From: an uncultured Erysipelotrichaceae bacterium
GTDB lineage: Bacteria > Bacillota_I > Bacilli_A > RFN20 > CAG-826
Length of the DNA: 64,000 nt
Reading direction: 5' to 3'
NCBI GenBank assembly: GCA_902800025.1
Contig: CADCDA010000003.1
Span: 13,154 to 77,153 of the forward strand
A program made the position numbers and the translations under genes. Below the pieces are notes generated by a model that ran no database searches, was not told the origin of the DNA, and worked only from the letters and a program-made list of their open reading frames with translations. Numbering within the stretch: position 1 is the stretch's first letter; the number at the start of each line of letters is the position of its first letter. Shown one piece after another: positions 55,696 through 64,000 of the stretch.

Positions 55696-58299
55696 ATGGC
55701 AAAATTAACGATTATTGATGGAAATTCACTTTTGTTTAGATCCTATTACGCAACCGCATATCCAGGCGCAGAAATTATGCGTACTCAATCAGGAATTCCG
55801 ACAAATGCGATTTTCGCATTCTCTAATATGATGAATAAAATCATTAACGGCCTTAAAGAGGGCGAAGGAATCATCGTCGCTTTTGATGCAGCTAAGCACA
55901 ATTTTAGACATGACGCTTTAGAAACTTATAAAGCGAATAGAAAGCCTGCCCCTACCGAATTAGTGGAACAATTCCCAATCGTTAGAGAATTCCTCCGTTC
56001 CTTTGGAATTTTTCAATTTGAAGAAGAAGGATTTGAAGGTGATGATATCGCTGGAACAATCGCTAAAAAAGCCGAAAAAGAAGGATATGAAGTTGAAATC
56101 TATACTTCAGATAAAGATTTCCTCCAACTAGTAAGTGATAAAGTCTCAGTGCAAATTATTAGAAAAGGTCTTTCTGATGTCGTTAAAATGACTCCAGAAG
56201 TCGTAAAAGAAACATATGGATTTGAACCAATTCAAATCATCGATTATAAAGGGTTAAGAGGAGATTCTTCTGATAATCTTCCTGGTATACCAGGAATCGG
56301 TGAAAAGACCGCAGTTAAACTCATTGAAGAATATGGCAGTTTTGATAATATCATTGCTCACGCTAGTGAGATTAAAGGCAAATTAGGAGAAATGATTACC
56401 GCTAATGCGGATAAAGGCACTATTTCTCGTGATTTAGCAATTATTAAAACAGATGTTAATCTTCCATTTGATATCGATGACACTACTTATCACGGCTATT
56501 CATTTAAAGTCATTAATGAGTTCTGTCAAAAATACGAATTAAAACAATTTTTAACTAAGATTTCTCCAAAATGGAAACAAGTTAATGAAGATACAGCGGC
56601 AATTGAAGTAGAAACAATCTCTTCTTTTAAAGGTGTTGATTTAGGAAATGAATTTGGAATCGCTCTTGATTATGAAGATGAAGATGATTATTTCAATTCC
56701 GAAGTTTTTGGCCTTGCTCTTTCTAGTAAGAACAAACACTACTACATTAGCGTTGATAATGCCTTAAAAGATAAAGCATTATTAGATATCTTATCTAATA
56801 AAGAGGTTCACAAATACTGTTACGACTATAAAGCAATTAAAGTAGCCTTAGCAAAAAGAGGGGTCGAGATTAATGGATTAGCCTTTGATTTATTAATCGC
56901 TACATATTTAATCGACACTACTGTCAAAGGTAAAATCGAACCAGTTTTAAATGTCTATGGAGTTGATATTAGTGAAAAGAAAGAAGAAGTATCATTATTC
57001 ACGAATGAAAACCCAGATAAAACTGCGAAGATTGCCTATTTCTCATACGCACTAGCGGGTAAAGTAAAAGCGGAACTCGTTAAAATTAACGCTCTTGAAT
57101 TATTTGAAAATCTTGAATTACCACTAGTTAATATTTTAGCGGATATGGAAATTGAAGGATTCCCAATTGATATTAAAGTGTTAGATGGTTTTGGAAACGA
57201 ATGGAAAAACAAACTCAAAGAGTTAGAGCAAGATATTTACTCTTTAGCAGGTGAAGAATTTAATGTTGCTTCTCCAAAACAATTAGGGGATATCTTATTT
57301 AATAAGTTAGGTTTGCCTGCTAATAAAAAAGGATCAACATCTGCTGGTAACTTAAATGACCTCATTGAATATCATCCAATCATCGCTAAAATCATTGAAT
57401 ATCGTAAATACGCTAAACTCATTTCTACTTATGTAGAAGGATTAAAGAATCACGTCTATAAAGACAATAAGATTCATGCGACATTTAACCAAGCCTTAAC
57501 TCAAACAGGTCGATTAAGTTCATCGAATCCAAATCTACAAAATATATCTGTTAGAGACGAAGAAGGTAAACTAATAAGAAAAGCGTTCTATTATCCAGAA
57601 GATGAATATGAAATTCTTTCCTTAGACTATTCTCAAATTGAATTAAGAATCCTCGCTCATCTCTCTAATTGTCCAAATCTTAAAAATATCTTTATGGACC
57701 CTGATAGCGATATTCATACCGCGACCGCTAAAAGAATCTTTAAACTTGAAGGCGAACCAACTTCACTTCAAAGAAGAAAAGCTAAAGCTGTTAACTTTGG
57801 AATCATCTACGGAATCTCTGATTGGGGTTTAGCAGATCAATTAGAAATCTCCGTTAAAGAGAGTAAAGAAATCATCTCAAGTTTCTATGAAACTTTCCCA
57901 GAAGTTAATGACTTCTTTAAAAACATCGTTGATAACGCTCTTAAGGATGGTTATGTTTCAACAATGATGGGAAGAAGAAGATATCTTAGAGAACTTCATG
58001 ATTCTAACTATCAAGTCAGAGAGTTCGCTAAAAGAGCAGCGATGAACGCTCCTATTCAAGGAAGTGCTGCTGATTTAATTAAAGTAGCGATGATTGAAGT
58101 TGATAAAGCTCTAAAAGAAGGAAAATTTAAAACTAAGCTAGTTTTACAAATACATGACGAACTTATTTTCAAAGTTCCAAAAGAAGAAAAGGAGACAGTT
58201 TATAACGTGATTCGCGATAAAATGATTCACGCTTTAGATTTATCAATTCCTCTCGAAGTTGATGGAGGATTTGGAAAATCTTGGTATGACTGTAAATAA
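55696..58299 (+). CDS. polA: DNA polymerase I
   Basis: 5'-3' exo N-terminus. Pol motifs DYSQIELRILAH, RRKAKAVNFGIIYG and QIHDELIF. Confidence 0.9.
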   Translation: MAKLTIIDGNSLLFRSYYATAYPGAEIMRTQSGIPTNAIFAFSNMMNKIINGLKEGEGIIVAFDAAKHNFRHDALETYKANRKPAPTELVEQFPIVREFLRSFGIFQFEEEGFEGDDIAGTIAKKAEKEGYEVEIYTSDKDFLQLVSDKVSVQIIRKGLSDVVKMTPEVVKETYGFEPIQIIDYKGLRGDSSDNLPGIPGIGEKTAVKLIEEYGSFDNIIAHASEIKGKLGEMITANADKGTISRDLAIIKTDVNLPFDIDDTTYHGYSFKVINEFCQKYELKQFLTKISPKWKQVNEDTAAIEVETISSFKGVDLGNEFGIALDYEDEDDYFNSEVFGLALSSKNKHYYISVDNALKDKALLDILSNKEVHKYCYDYKAIKVALAKRGVEINGLAFDLLIATYLIDTTVKGKIEPVLNVYGVDISEKKEEVSLFTNENPDKTAKIAYFSYALAGKVKAELVKINALELFENLELPLVNILADMEIEGFPIDIKVLDGFGNEWKNKLKELEQDIYSLAGEEFNVASPKQLGDILFNKLGLPANKKGSTSAGNLNDLIEYHPIIAKIIEYRKYAKLISTYVEGLKNHVYKDNKIHATFNQALTQTGRLSSSNPNLQNISVRDEEGKLIRKAFYYPEDEYEILSLDYSQIELRILAHLSNCPNLKNIFMDPDSDIHTATAKRIFKLEGEPTSLQRRKAKAVNFGIIYGISDWGLADQLEISVKESKEIISSFYETFPEVNDFFKNIVDNALKDGYVSTMMGRRRYLRELHDSNYQVREFAKRAAMNAPIQGSAADLIKVAMIEVDKALKEGKFKTKLVLQIHDELIFKVPKEEKETVYNVIRDKMIHALDLSIPLEVDGGFGKSWYDCK

Positions 58300-58301
58300 A
58301 T

Positions 58302-59711
58302 ATGCCTGAGTTACCAGAAGTCGAAACGATTAAAAATGTTCTTGTTAAGATAGTGAATGGACATAAAATCAATAAGATTGATGTCTATAGAAAAGGCACT
58401 ATCGAAGGTGATGCCAATGAGTTTATTAAAGGACTCACTGGTGAAACGTTTTTAAGCATGTCTCGAATCGGGAAATATTTAATCTTCCATCTAACAAACG
58501 ACAAAGTGATCGTTTCTCACCTCAGAATGGAAGGCAAATATTATGAATTTGACGAAAGTGAAAACGATAGTAAATACGCGAAAGTCGTCTTCCATTTAGA
58601 TAACGGGAAGAAATTATGTTATGACGACTCTCGTTGCTTTGGAATATTAAAGCTTTCTAATGAAAAAGAATATCAAAATTTAGAGATGATTTCTAAGCTT
58701 GGTCCTGAACCATTCTTGGTCAAAGATGTAACGCCAATAATGAAACAAGTTTCAAAGGTAAAAAAGCCGATTAAAACTACACTACTAGACCAAACCATTA
58801 TCACAGGATTAGGAAATATATATGTCGATGAAACACTATATGCAAGTCATATTCATCCATTAACCCCAGCTTCTCTTATTACCAAGAAGGAATGGGAAGA
58901 AATAATCAAGAACTCAGTTGAAATATTAAATATCGCCATTCAAATGGGTGGATCTACAATTAAGAGTTATCATCCAGGAAAGGATATTGACGGTAACTTC
59001 CAAACTAGAATTAAGATTTATGGTAAAGAAGGAGAATCTTGTCCTACATGTGGACACACATATCGATTCATTAAAGTCGGCGGGAGAGGCACTACTTTCT
59101 GCCCTATTTGTCAACGTAAAAAAGGTGCTCCTCATAATATCGGATTAACTGGAAAAATCGCATCCGGAAAAAGCACTGTTTTAGATATCTATAAAAATTT
59201 AGGAGCAGCTACTTTATCTAGCGATGAAATCGTCAAAGATTTATATCAAAAAGAAGAAGTTGCTTCTTTAATTGAAAAGACTTTGAAAATAATGTTCTCC
59301 ACTAAAGTGGTTAACAAAGATGAATTAAGAAATCATCTACTCATTAATCCTAAAGATAAGAGAAAACTTGAAAAAATCATTCATCCCTTAGTCGAAAAAG
59401 AAATAGTGAGATTTTTAAGTGAAGAAAAAAATCCAATTAGAGTGGTTGAAGTTCCACTTCTCTTCGAATCGAAGATGGACCACTACTTTGATTCCATTGT
59501 AGTTATTGATGTTGATGAAAAAACTCAATTAGAAAGACTTAATCAAAGAAATCAAAAGACCGCTTTATACTTAAAAGAGATTAATAAAACTAATAAAATT
59601 GATGAAAATAAAAATAAGGCAACGTACCTTATTTATAATAACGGAACGCTTTCCGATTTAGAAAAAGTAGTTAAGAAATCACTTAACGAAGTGACGGATC
59701 TAATAAAATAA
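58302..59711 (+). CDS. mutM: fusion: formamidopyrimidine-DNA glycosylase (Fpg/MutM) + dephospho-CoA kinase (CoaE)
   Basis: N-terminal MPELPEVETI. Zinc finger CPTCGH...CPICQ at about aa 245-270. It is immediately followed in the same frame by the CoaE P-loop IGLTGKIASGKSTV. No intervening stop. Confidence 0.8.
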   Translation: MPELPEVETIKNVLVKIVNGHKINKIDVYRKGTIEGDANEFIKGLTGETFLSMSRIGKYLIFHLTNDKVIVSHLRMEGKYYEFDESENDSKYAKVVFHLDNGKKLCYDDSRCFGILKLSNEKEYQNLEMISKLGPEPFLVKDVTPIMKQVSKVKKPIKTTLLDQTIITGLGNIYVDETLYASHIHPLTPASLITKKEWEEIIKNSVEILNIAIQMGGSTIKSYHPGKDIDGNFQTRIKIYGKEGESCPTCGHTYRFIKVGGRGTTFCPICQRKKGAPHNIGLTGKIASGKSTVLDIYKNLGAATLSSDEIVKDLYQKEEVASLIEKTLKIMFSTKVVNKDELRNHLLINPKDKRKLEKIIHPLVEKEIVRFLSEEKNPIRVVEVPLLFESKMDHYFDSIVVIDVDEKTQLERLNQRNQKTALYLKEINKTNKIDENKNKATYLIYNNGTLSDLEKVVKKSLNEVTDLIK

Positions 59712-60585
59712 ATTCCTTAGAACACATTAAATTGAGCATTTGACGAATTTGCTCAATTTTTGGTTTGCTCGCATTTGTGGTTTGATACATACTCGCACAA
59801 TCTTCGATAGAATAATTACTAGTAATTATTGTGAATAATTTATTCTTCACTCTATAAGAAAGAATTGGGAAGAGAATATTATCTCTTACAAAGTCGCTTT
59901 TAAATTCATTTCCAAAATCATCAAGTACTAAAAAGTCTGAAGTTTTATATTTTTCAATATCGTCATCAAACATTGGACTTTTCGCAAATGCTAAAGTTGA
60001 GAGTTCTTTAAATCTTTCTGGAACATTAATGAAAGCAATTTTATCAAAATATCCTTTTCTAGCGGCTTCAACTGCTAAAGTTGCTGCAAAGAAAGATTTA
60101 CCACTAGCGATATTTCCTTTCATGAAAACCCATTTAGTTGCTCCATTTTCGGCAGCGTCTTTAAATTGTTTAACAATTTGAATCTTCGCCATACTTCTAA
60201 TATTACTTACATCTTTATATAAAGAATTATTGAGCCAGTCTTCTTCAAAGTCATAAGTCACTAATCTCTTTTTAAAATTTGCGAACTCTAAATATTTCTT
60301 ACATGGAATTAAGTTACGATCAACAATTCCGTTTTTAAAAGTTACTGAATTCACTAGATGTTTCGGTTCTTTATTACAATACTTTAAACCCTTGCAGTCT
60401 TTACAATTATTCATGTCGACTGCAAAGTCATATATTTTAGCGATATTATTTCTAATCATTTCATCACTTAATCCTAATTCTCTTAAATATTTAAGAGTTT
60501 TGAGATTAGAAAAGACCACATCTTCCATTTCTTTTAAGGTAGATGTGTCGATTGTTAAGTCTTGATTAGTTTTAAATCTTTCCAT
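59683..60585 (-). CDS. dnaI: primosomal helicase loader DnaI
   Basis: N-terminal zinc-binding CKDCKGLKYC, Walker A MKGNIASGKSF and Walker B LVLDDFG. Confidence 0.8.
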   Translation of the reverse strand: MERFKTNQDLTIDTSTLKEMEDVVFSNLKTLKYLRELGLSDEMIRNNIAKIYDFAVDMNNCKDCKGLKYCNKEPKHLVNSVTFKNGIVDRNLIPCKKYLEFANFKKRLVTYDFEEDWLNNSLYKDVSNIRSMAKIQIVKQFKDAAENGATKWVFMKGNIASGKSFFAATLAVEAARKGYFDKIAFINVPERFKELSTLAFAKSPMFDDDIEKYKTSDFLVLDDFGNEFKSDFVRDNILFPILSYRVKNKLFTIITSNYSIEDCASMYQTTNASKPKIEQIRQMLNLMCSKEFILLDPSLR

Positions 60586-61871
60586 TATTCGTCCTTAAAT
60601 GAATCAAGCAAAGCATCAATCTCTTCCTCAGAAAGATTAGCTTCCTCATTAATAATAGCATTTGATTCCGTTTTAGATTCTTCTTTATTGTATTTTTTAT
60701 TAGACTTTGTCTCATTTCTACGACTATTACTCACGTAACTATTATTTAAATAATTCATCGCATCAATCGCAGTTTCTAAATTTTCTCTGCTAATGGAAGA
60801 AGCAATCTTTTCAACAGAGTATTTAGAAAGAACATTGTTATTCATCTGTAACACAAAATCGATTACAACATTAATAACTGCGTTTGGTAATTTATAATCT
60901 TCGGCAAGAGAATAAATGATATTCAAGTCTGCTTGAGCAGGCTTTGTTCCGTTTTGTAGCATTGATAAAACAGTCTTTGGATTATTAGTTTCAAAGAATT
61001 TGATTTTTGCCGCTAAACCTTCTTCACCGATAACAACATTTCTTGCGGTCTTTTTCTTTTTCAGTGTACGAACTCCATAATTGACTTCATTGATGAAATC
61101 ACTATTTAATTGACTAAAGTCAATTCTATTTCCTTTAGTCTTAGTTGGATCATAACAATTAGCGACCTTTTCAGCAGCGATTTCTTCACTAATACCATAT
61201 AAAGTTGCAATTCTTTCAATTTCTTTTAAGTCACCTTTTGTGAGTGCCTTTTCATTGATTTGACTAATTTCTTTTAAAGAATTAAAGAATTTCTCATATG
61301 AGAATTCAGTGTCAATCTTGCTCTTCTTTCTTCCTAAAGTTTTCTCATCAACATTAGCAGCTTTTAAGAAAGCAGAATCAGAGAAGTCTGGATGGAAGAT
61401 ATCATTAAAACTCGCCGAAATATCTTCGCCAGTAGGAAGCTGTTCATTAACTTGATACACTCTTTTAATTCTATTAGCTTCAGTCTCTCCAAGATTTTGA
61501 ATTAATAAACCATATAAAAGAGTGTCGTTAAAGAACTTCATCGGTGTTTTTGGTGCAAATAATTCGTAATGATAAATGGAGAATTCTCTAACTTTTTCTA
61601 ATCTTGTTTTTAATAGTCCAACAGCTTCAAGTTGCTTTCTAGCGTCAATAAATTGACCAGTCGCAATTTTCATTCTTAAAAGTAATTGTTCATGGCTACT
61701 TAAAGACACGACTTGTTGATTGTGAGATTCGCTCCAAAAAGTAAAATAAATCGCTAACGCAGTATAGCCAATAATTGGTTGATAAAGATTAGCGATTGTG
61801 TCTCGATCATAGTCCGCTAATAAAGAGGAAACTTTGATATCGAACATATCATTTGTAGATAAAATAACCAT
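60585..61871 (-). CDS. dnaB: replication initiation/membrane attachment protein DnaB (DnaD/DnaB-like, Firmicutes)
   Basis: Position upstream of dnaI with an overlapping stop/start. ~430 aa. DDBH2-like C-terminal region. RBS AGGAGG. Confidence 0.65.
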   Translation of the reverse strand: MVILSTNDMFDIKVSSLLADYDRDTIANLYQPIIGYTALAIYFTFWSESHNQQVVSLSSHEQLLLRMKIATGQFIDARKQLEAVGLLKTRLEKVREFSIYHYELFAPKTPMKFFNDTLLYGLLIQNLGETEANRIKRVYQVNEQLPTGEDISASFNDIFHPDFSDSAFLKAANVDEKTLGRKKSKIDTEFSYEKFFNSLKEISQINEKALTKGDLKEIERIATLYGISEEIAAEKVANCYDPTKTKGNRIDFSQLNSDFINEVNYGVRTLKKKKTARNVVIGEEGLAAKIKFFETNNPKTVLSMLQNGTKPAQADLNIIYSLAEDYKLPNAVINVVIDFVLQMNNNVLSKYSVEKIASSISRENLETAIDAMNYLNNSYVSNSRRNETKSNKKYNKEESKTESNAIINEEANLSEEEIDALLDSFKDE

Positions 61872-61959
61872 CGTTTTCCCCTCCTAACGTTGCCAAAATT
61901 ATGCGACAAAAAATTATGAGTTTCAACGACAAAAAATTATGTTTTTTTACTTGACAAAG

Positions 61960-62040
61960 TTATCCACATTCGCCAAACAAATGATTTATACAATGTATAA
62001 ATCTTTAAATTTATTATCCAAATATTAAAAGTTATCCACA
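61960..62040. promoter_or_regulatory. cluster of DnaA boxes (2 x perfect TTATCCACA, 1 x TTATCCAAA) upstream of dnaB-dnaI
   Basis: AAGTTATCCACATT occurs at 61957-61970 and 62029-62042, and TTATCCAAA at 62014-62022. All three share one orientation. They lie upstream of a minus-strand promoter TTGAAA-17-CATAAT (61901-61935) that carries a tandem 15-mer CGACAAAAAATTATG x2. Confidence 0.5.
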
Positions 62041-62323
62041 TTGCATTTTGTGGAAAATCTTACCATTTGCCATCAAAAATATCGATGTAGGAATGTAAAT
62101 AATAGTAAAGCCTTTTTAACAATTAAATAATGTCCTAAAATATTATTATGATTAAAATCATTTCAAACAAAAACACAGGATCAAGAGTGTCTGTAGATTG
62201 TAAGGCAATAAATGCTTTTTCATTGTATCAAACATTTTATACCCCTATTTTTTTGGTTTTATAATGTGAGGATTTCATGTTAGAAAAAAAGTTTTTTTAA
62301 GAACTAGTCTATCAAGCATAATT

Positions 62324-62905
62324 ATGTATATTGTGGCCAGTATAGTAGTTTTGGCCGTAATTGCATTTACAATAAACAGTATTATATTTTTAACAATTAA
62401 TTGGGGCACGCTAAGTTTCAACAAACAAACATTTGCATACTTTGGTAGTATAATAATCCTTCCGGTTTTAATATACTATTTTTTAGCACTTTTTTCTGGA
62501 CACAATTATGTGACAAATGATTCATTATGCAATTCTGGAGAATTTCCTTATTCAGGAAAGATGCAATATAAAACAAAAGTTTTATTCAGTAATATAAAAA
62601 TGATAGAGTTAATTTACTCACAAAAAAATTCTAAAATGAAATGGCCAAAAGGAATAGTGTCTGGACCAAGACAATACTTGGTTGTGTATGATTATAATGG
62701 GAAAAAGCACTGCTTTAGTGTTTCCGGTTATTCTAAGAAAACATTGGTAAAATTCTTAACCACTATAAAAGTAAGATGCGAATTTTTAGGAAATCATATT
62801 GATATAAATATCAATTCGTTAGTTAATATCTATGCTCACCCAACAAAAAAAGAATTTGATAAAATGGATGAGAATGATGAATACGATGAGAATGCTGTAG
62901 AATAA
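62324..62905 (+). CDS. hypothetical membrane protein (2 TM + soluble domain)
   Basis: ORF with N-terminal TM helices. Confidence 0.5.
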   Translation: MYIVASIVVLAVIAFTINSIIFLTINWGTLSFNKQTFAYFGSIIILPVLIYYFLALFSGHNYVTNDSLCNSGEFPYSGKMQYKTKVLFSNIKMIELIYSQKNSKMKWPKGIVSGPRQYLVVYDYNGKKHCFSVSGYSKKTLVKFLTTIKVRCEFLGNHIDININSLVNIYAHPTKKEFDKMDENDEYDENAVE

Positions 62906-62949
62906 ATATAATTTAAATAAGTGATAAATAACTATTTTATATCAAAAAT

Positions 62950-63948
62950 GTGAGTGCTATTATAATAGCAAAGGAATTTTATTTTATGATTAGAAGAATT
63001 GCAGTCTTAACAAGTGGCGGAGACGCCCCAGGAATGAACGCTTGTCTTAGAGCAGTTATTAGAGCGGGATTGTTCCACGGAATTAGTATGTATGTCATTT
63101 ACGAAGGATTAAGAGGCTTAGTCGAAGGAAAAATCGAACAAGTCGATAAAGACTTCACACAAGACATCATCAACCGTGGCGGTACAATCATTAGAAGCGC
63201 TCGTTTACCTGAATTTAAAGATCCAAAAATCGTTAAAAGAGCCGCTAATATTCTTCAAGACTTCGAAATCGATGCTCTCGTTGGTATCGGTGGAGATGGT
63301 ACATTTAGAGGCTTAAACGATTTATCAAAATATGGAATCAAAGTCGTTGGTATTCCAGGAACAATTGATAACGATGTTGGAAGCACAGAACAAACCATCG
63401 GTTTCTCCACTGCTTTAAACACCATTTGTAGTTGTATCGATAAACTTAAAGATACATGTGGATCTCATCAACGTTGTTCTTTAATTGAAGTTATGGGTCG
63501 TCATTGTGGTGACCTCGCAATGTATGCTGCTTTAGCAGAAGGTGCTGAAGGTGTCATCTGTGTCGAACATCCACTTAAGGAAGATCAATTATTTAGAAAA
63601 TTAAGAAAAATGAAAGCTCAAAACAAGAGCCACGCTATTATTGTCGTTTCTGAAAACTTACTCGATATCAATGAACTCGCCAAAAAGATCGAAGAGGAAA
63701 CAGGATTTGATACCAGAACAGAAGTTCTTGGACGTTTACAAAGAGGTGGTTCCCCATCTGCTGAAGATAGAATTTTAGCAGCGAGAATGGGTGCTAGAAG
63801 TATCGATATCGTTTTAGATAAAGATTCAGGAAGCAGAATCATTGGTATGAGAGGCGGACAAATCGTCGACTTACCAATTGAAGAAGCAGTCGAAATGAAA
63901 CACGAGCATACACACGGATTAAGACAATTAATCGATATGCTCCAATAA
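62950..63948 (+). CDS. pfkA: ATP-dependent 6-phosphofructokinase
   Basis: RIAVLTSGGDAPGMNA, GIGGDGTFRG and MGRHCGDLA are classic PfkA motifs. Confidence 0.9.
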   Translation: MSAIIIAKEFYFMIRRIAVLTSGGDAPGMNACLRAVIRAGLFHGISMYVIYEGLRGLVEGKIEQVDKDFTQDIINRGGTIIRSARLPEFKDPKIVKRAANILQDFEIDALVGIGGDGTFRGLNDLSKYGIKVVGIPGTIDNDVGSTEQTIGFSTALNTICSCIDKLKDTCGSHQRCSLIEVMGRHCGDLAMYAALAEGAEGVICVEHPLKEDQLFRKLRKMKAQNKSHAIIVVSENLLDINELAKKIEEETGFDTRTEVLGRLQRGGSPSAEDRILAARMGARSIDIVLDKDSGSRIIGMRGGQIVDLPIEEAVEMKHEHTHGLRQLIDMLQ

Positions 63949-64000
63949 TCAAGTTTATTAATATTTATATTAATAGAAATTACATCATTTAGCCCACTAT

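Overview
The window is AT-rich, uses the standard genetic code, and looks Firmicutes/Mollicutes-like, most plausibly a wall-less Acholeplasma-type organism. It has a minimal division cluster (mraZ-rsmH-ftsL-like-ftsA-ftsZ) with no mur/pbp genes, and no T-box leaders upstream of ileS or pheS.

Positions 1 to about 24,970 form an accessory or mobile region. It is entirely on the minus strand and ends at a tRNA-Arg(TCT) gene. It has two modules.

Module (a), 300-13,630, is a phage-type DNA replication and regulation module. It holds HNH, a miniaturised MetK-like protein, a ParB-domain methyltransferase, an SNF2 helicase, VRR-NUC, a primase/D5-type helicase, a family-A DNA polymerase, DUF2815, a DUF2800 nuclease, sigma-region-4-like regulators, and an iteron-rich candidate origin.

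Module (b), 14,478-24,678, is a tightly overlapping 8-gene operon that I consider the most interesting part. It encodes a controller-like Xre HTH, a truncated SAM-binding methyltransferase paralog, and a gamma-class N6-adenine methyltransferase (NPPY). Next is a 1259-aa protein that fuses T5orf172(GIY-YIG-like), an SF2 helicase, a gamma-glutamylcyclotransferase-like domain and an HTH, followed by a standalone T5orf172 protein. The last three genes are an unknown 338-aa protein, a 151-aa protein, and a coiled-coil SMC/Rad50-like ABC ATPase with a CxxC hook. That triad resembles a Lamassu/ABC-three-component arrangement with an unrecognised effector.

Positions 25,140-64,000 are core chromosome: uvrC, mutS2, rnhC, rluD-family, lspA, ileS, a large lipoprotein nuclease, ftsZ/ftsA, rsmH, mraZ, DUF177, pheST, ackA, a DHH phosphoesterase, dnaE, polA, an fpg-coaE fusion, dnaI, dnaB and pfkA.

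No CRISPR array and no rRNA were seen. All calls are made by eye from motifs; no database search was possible.
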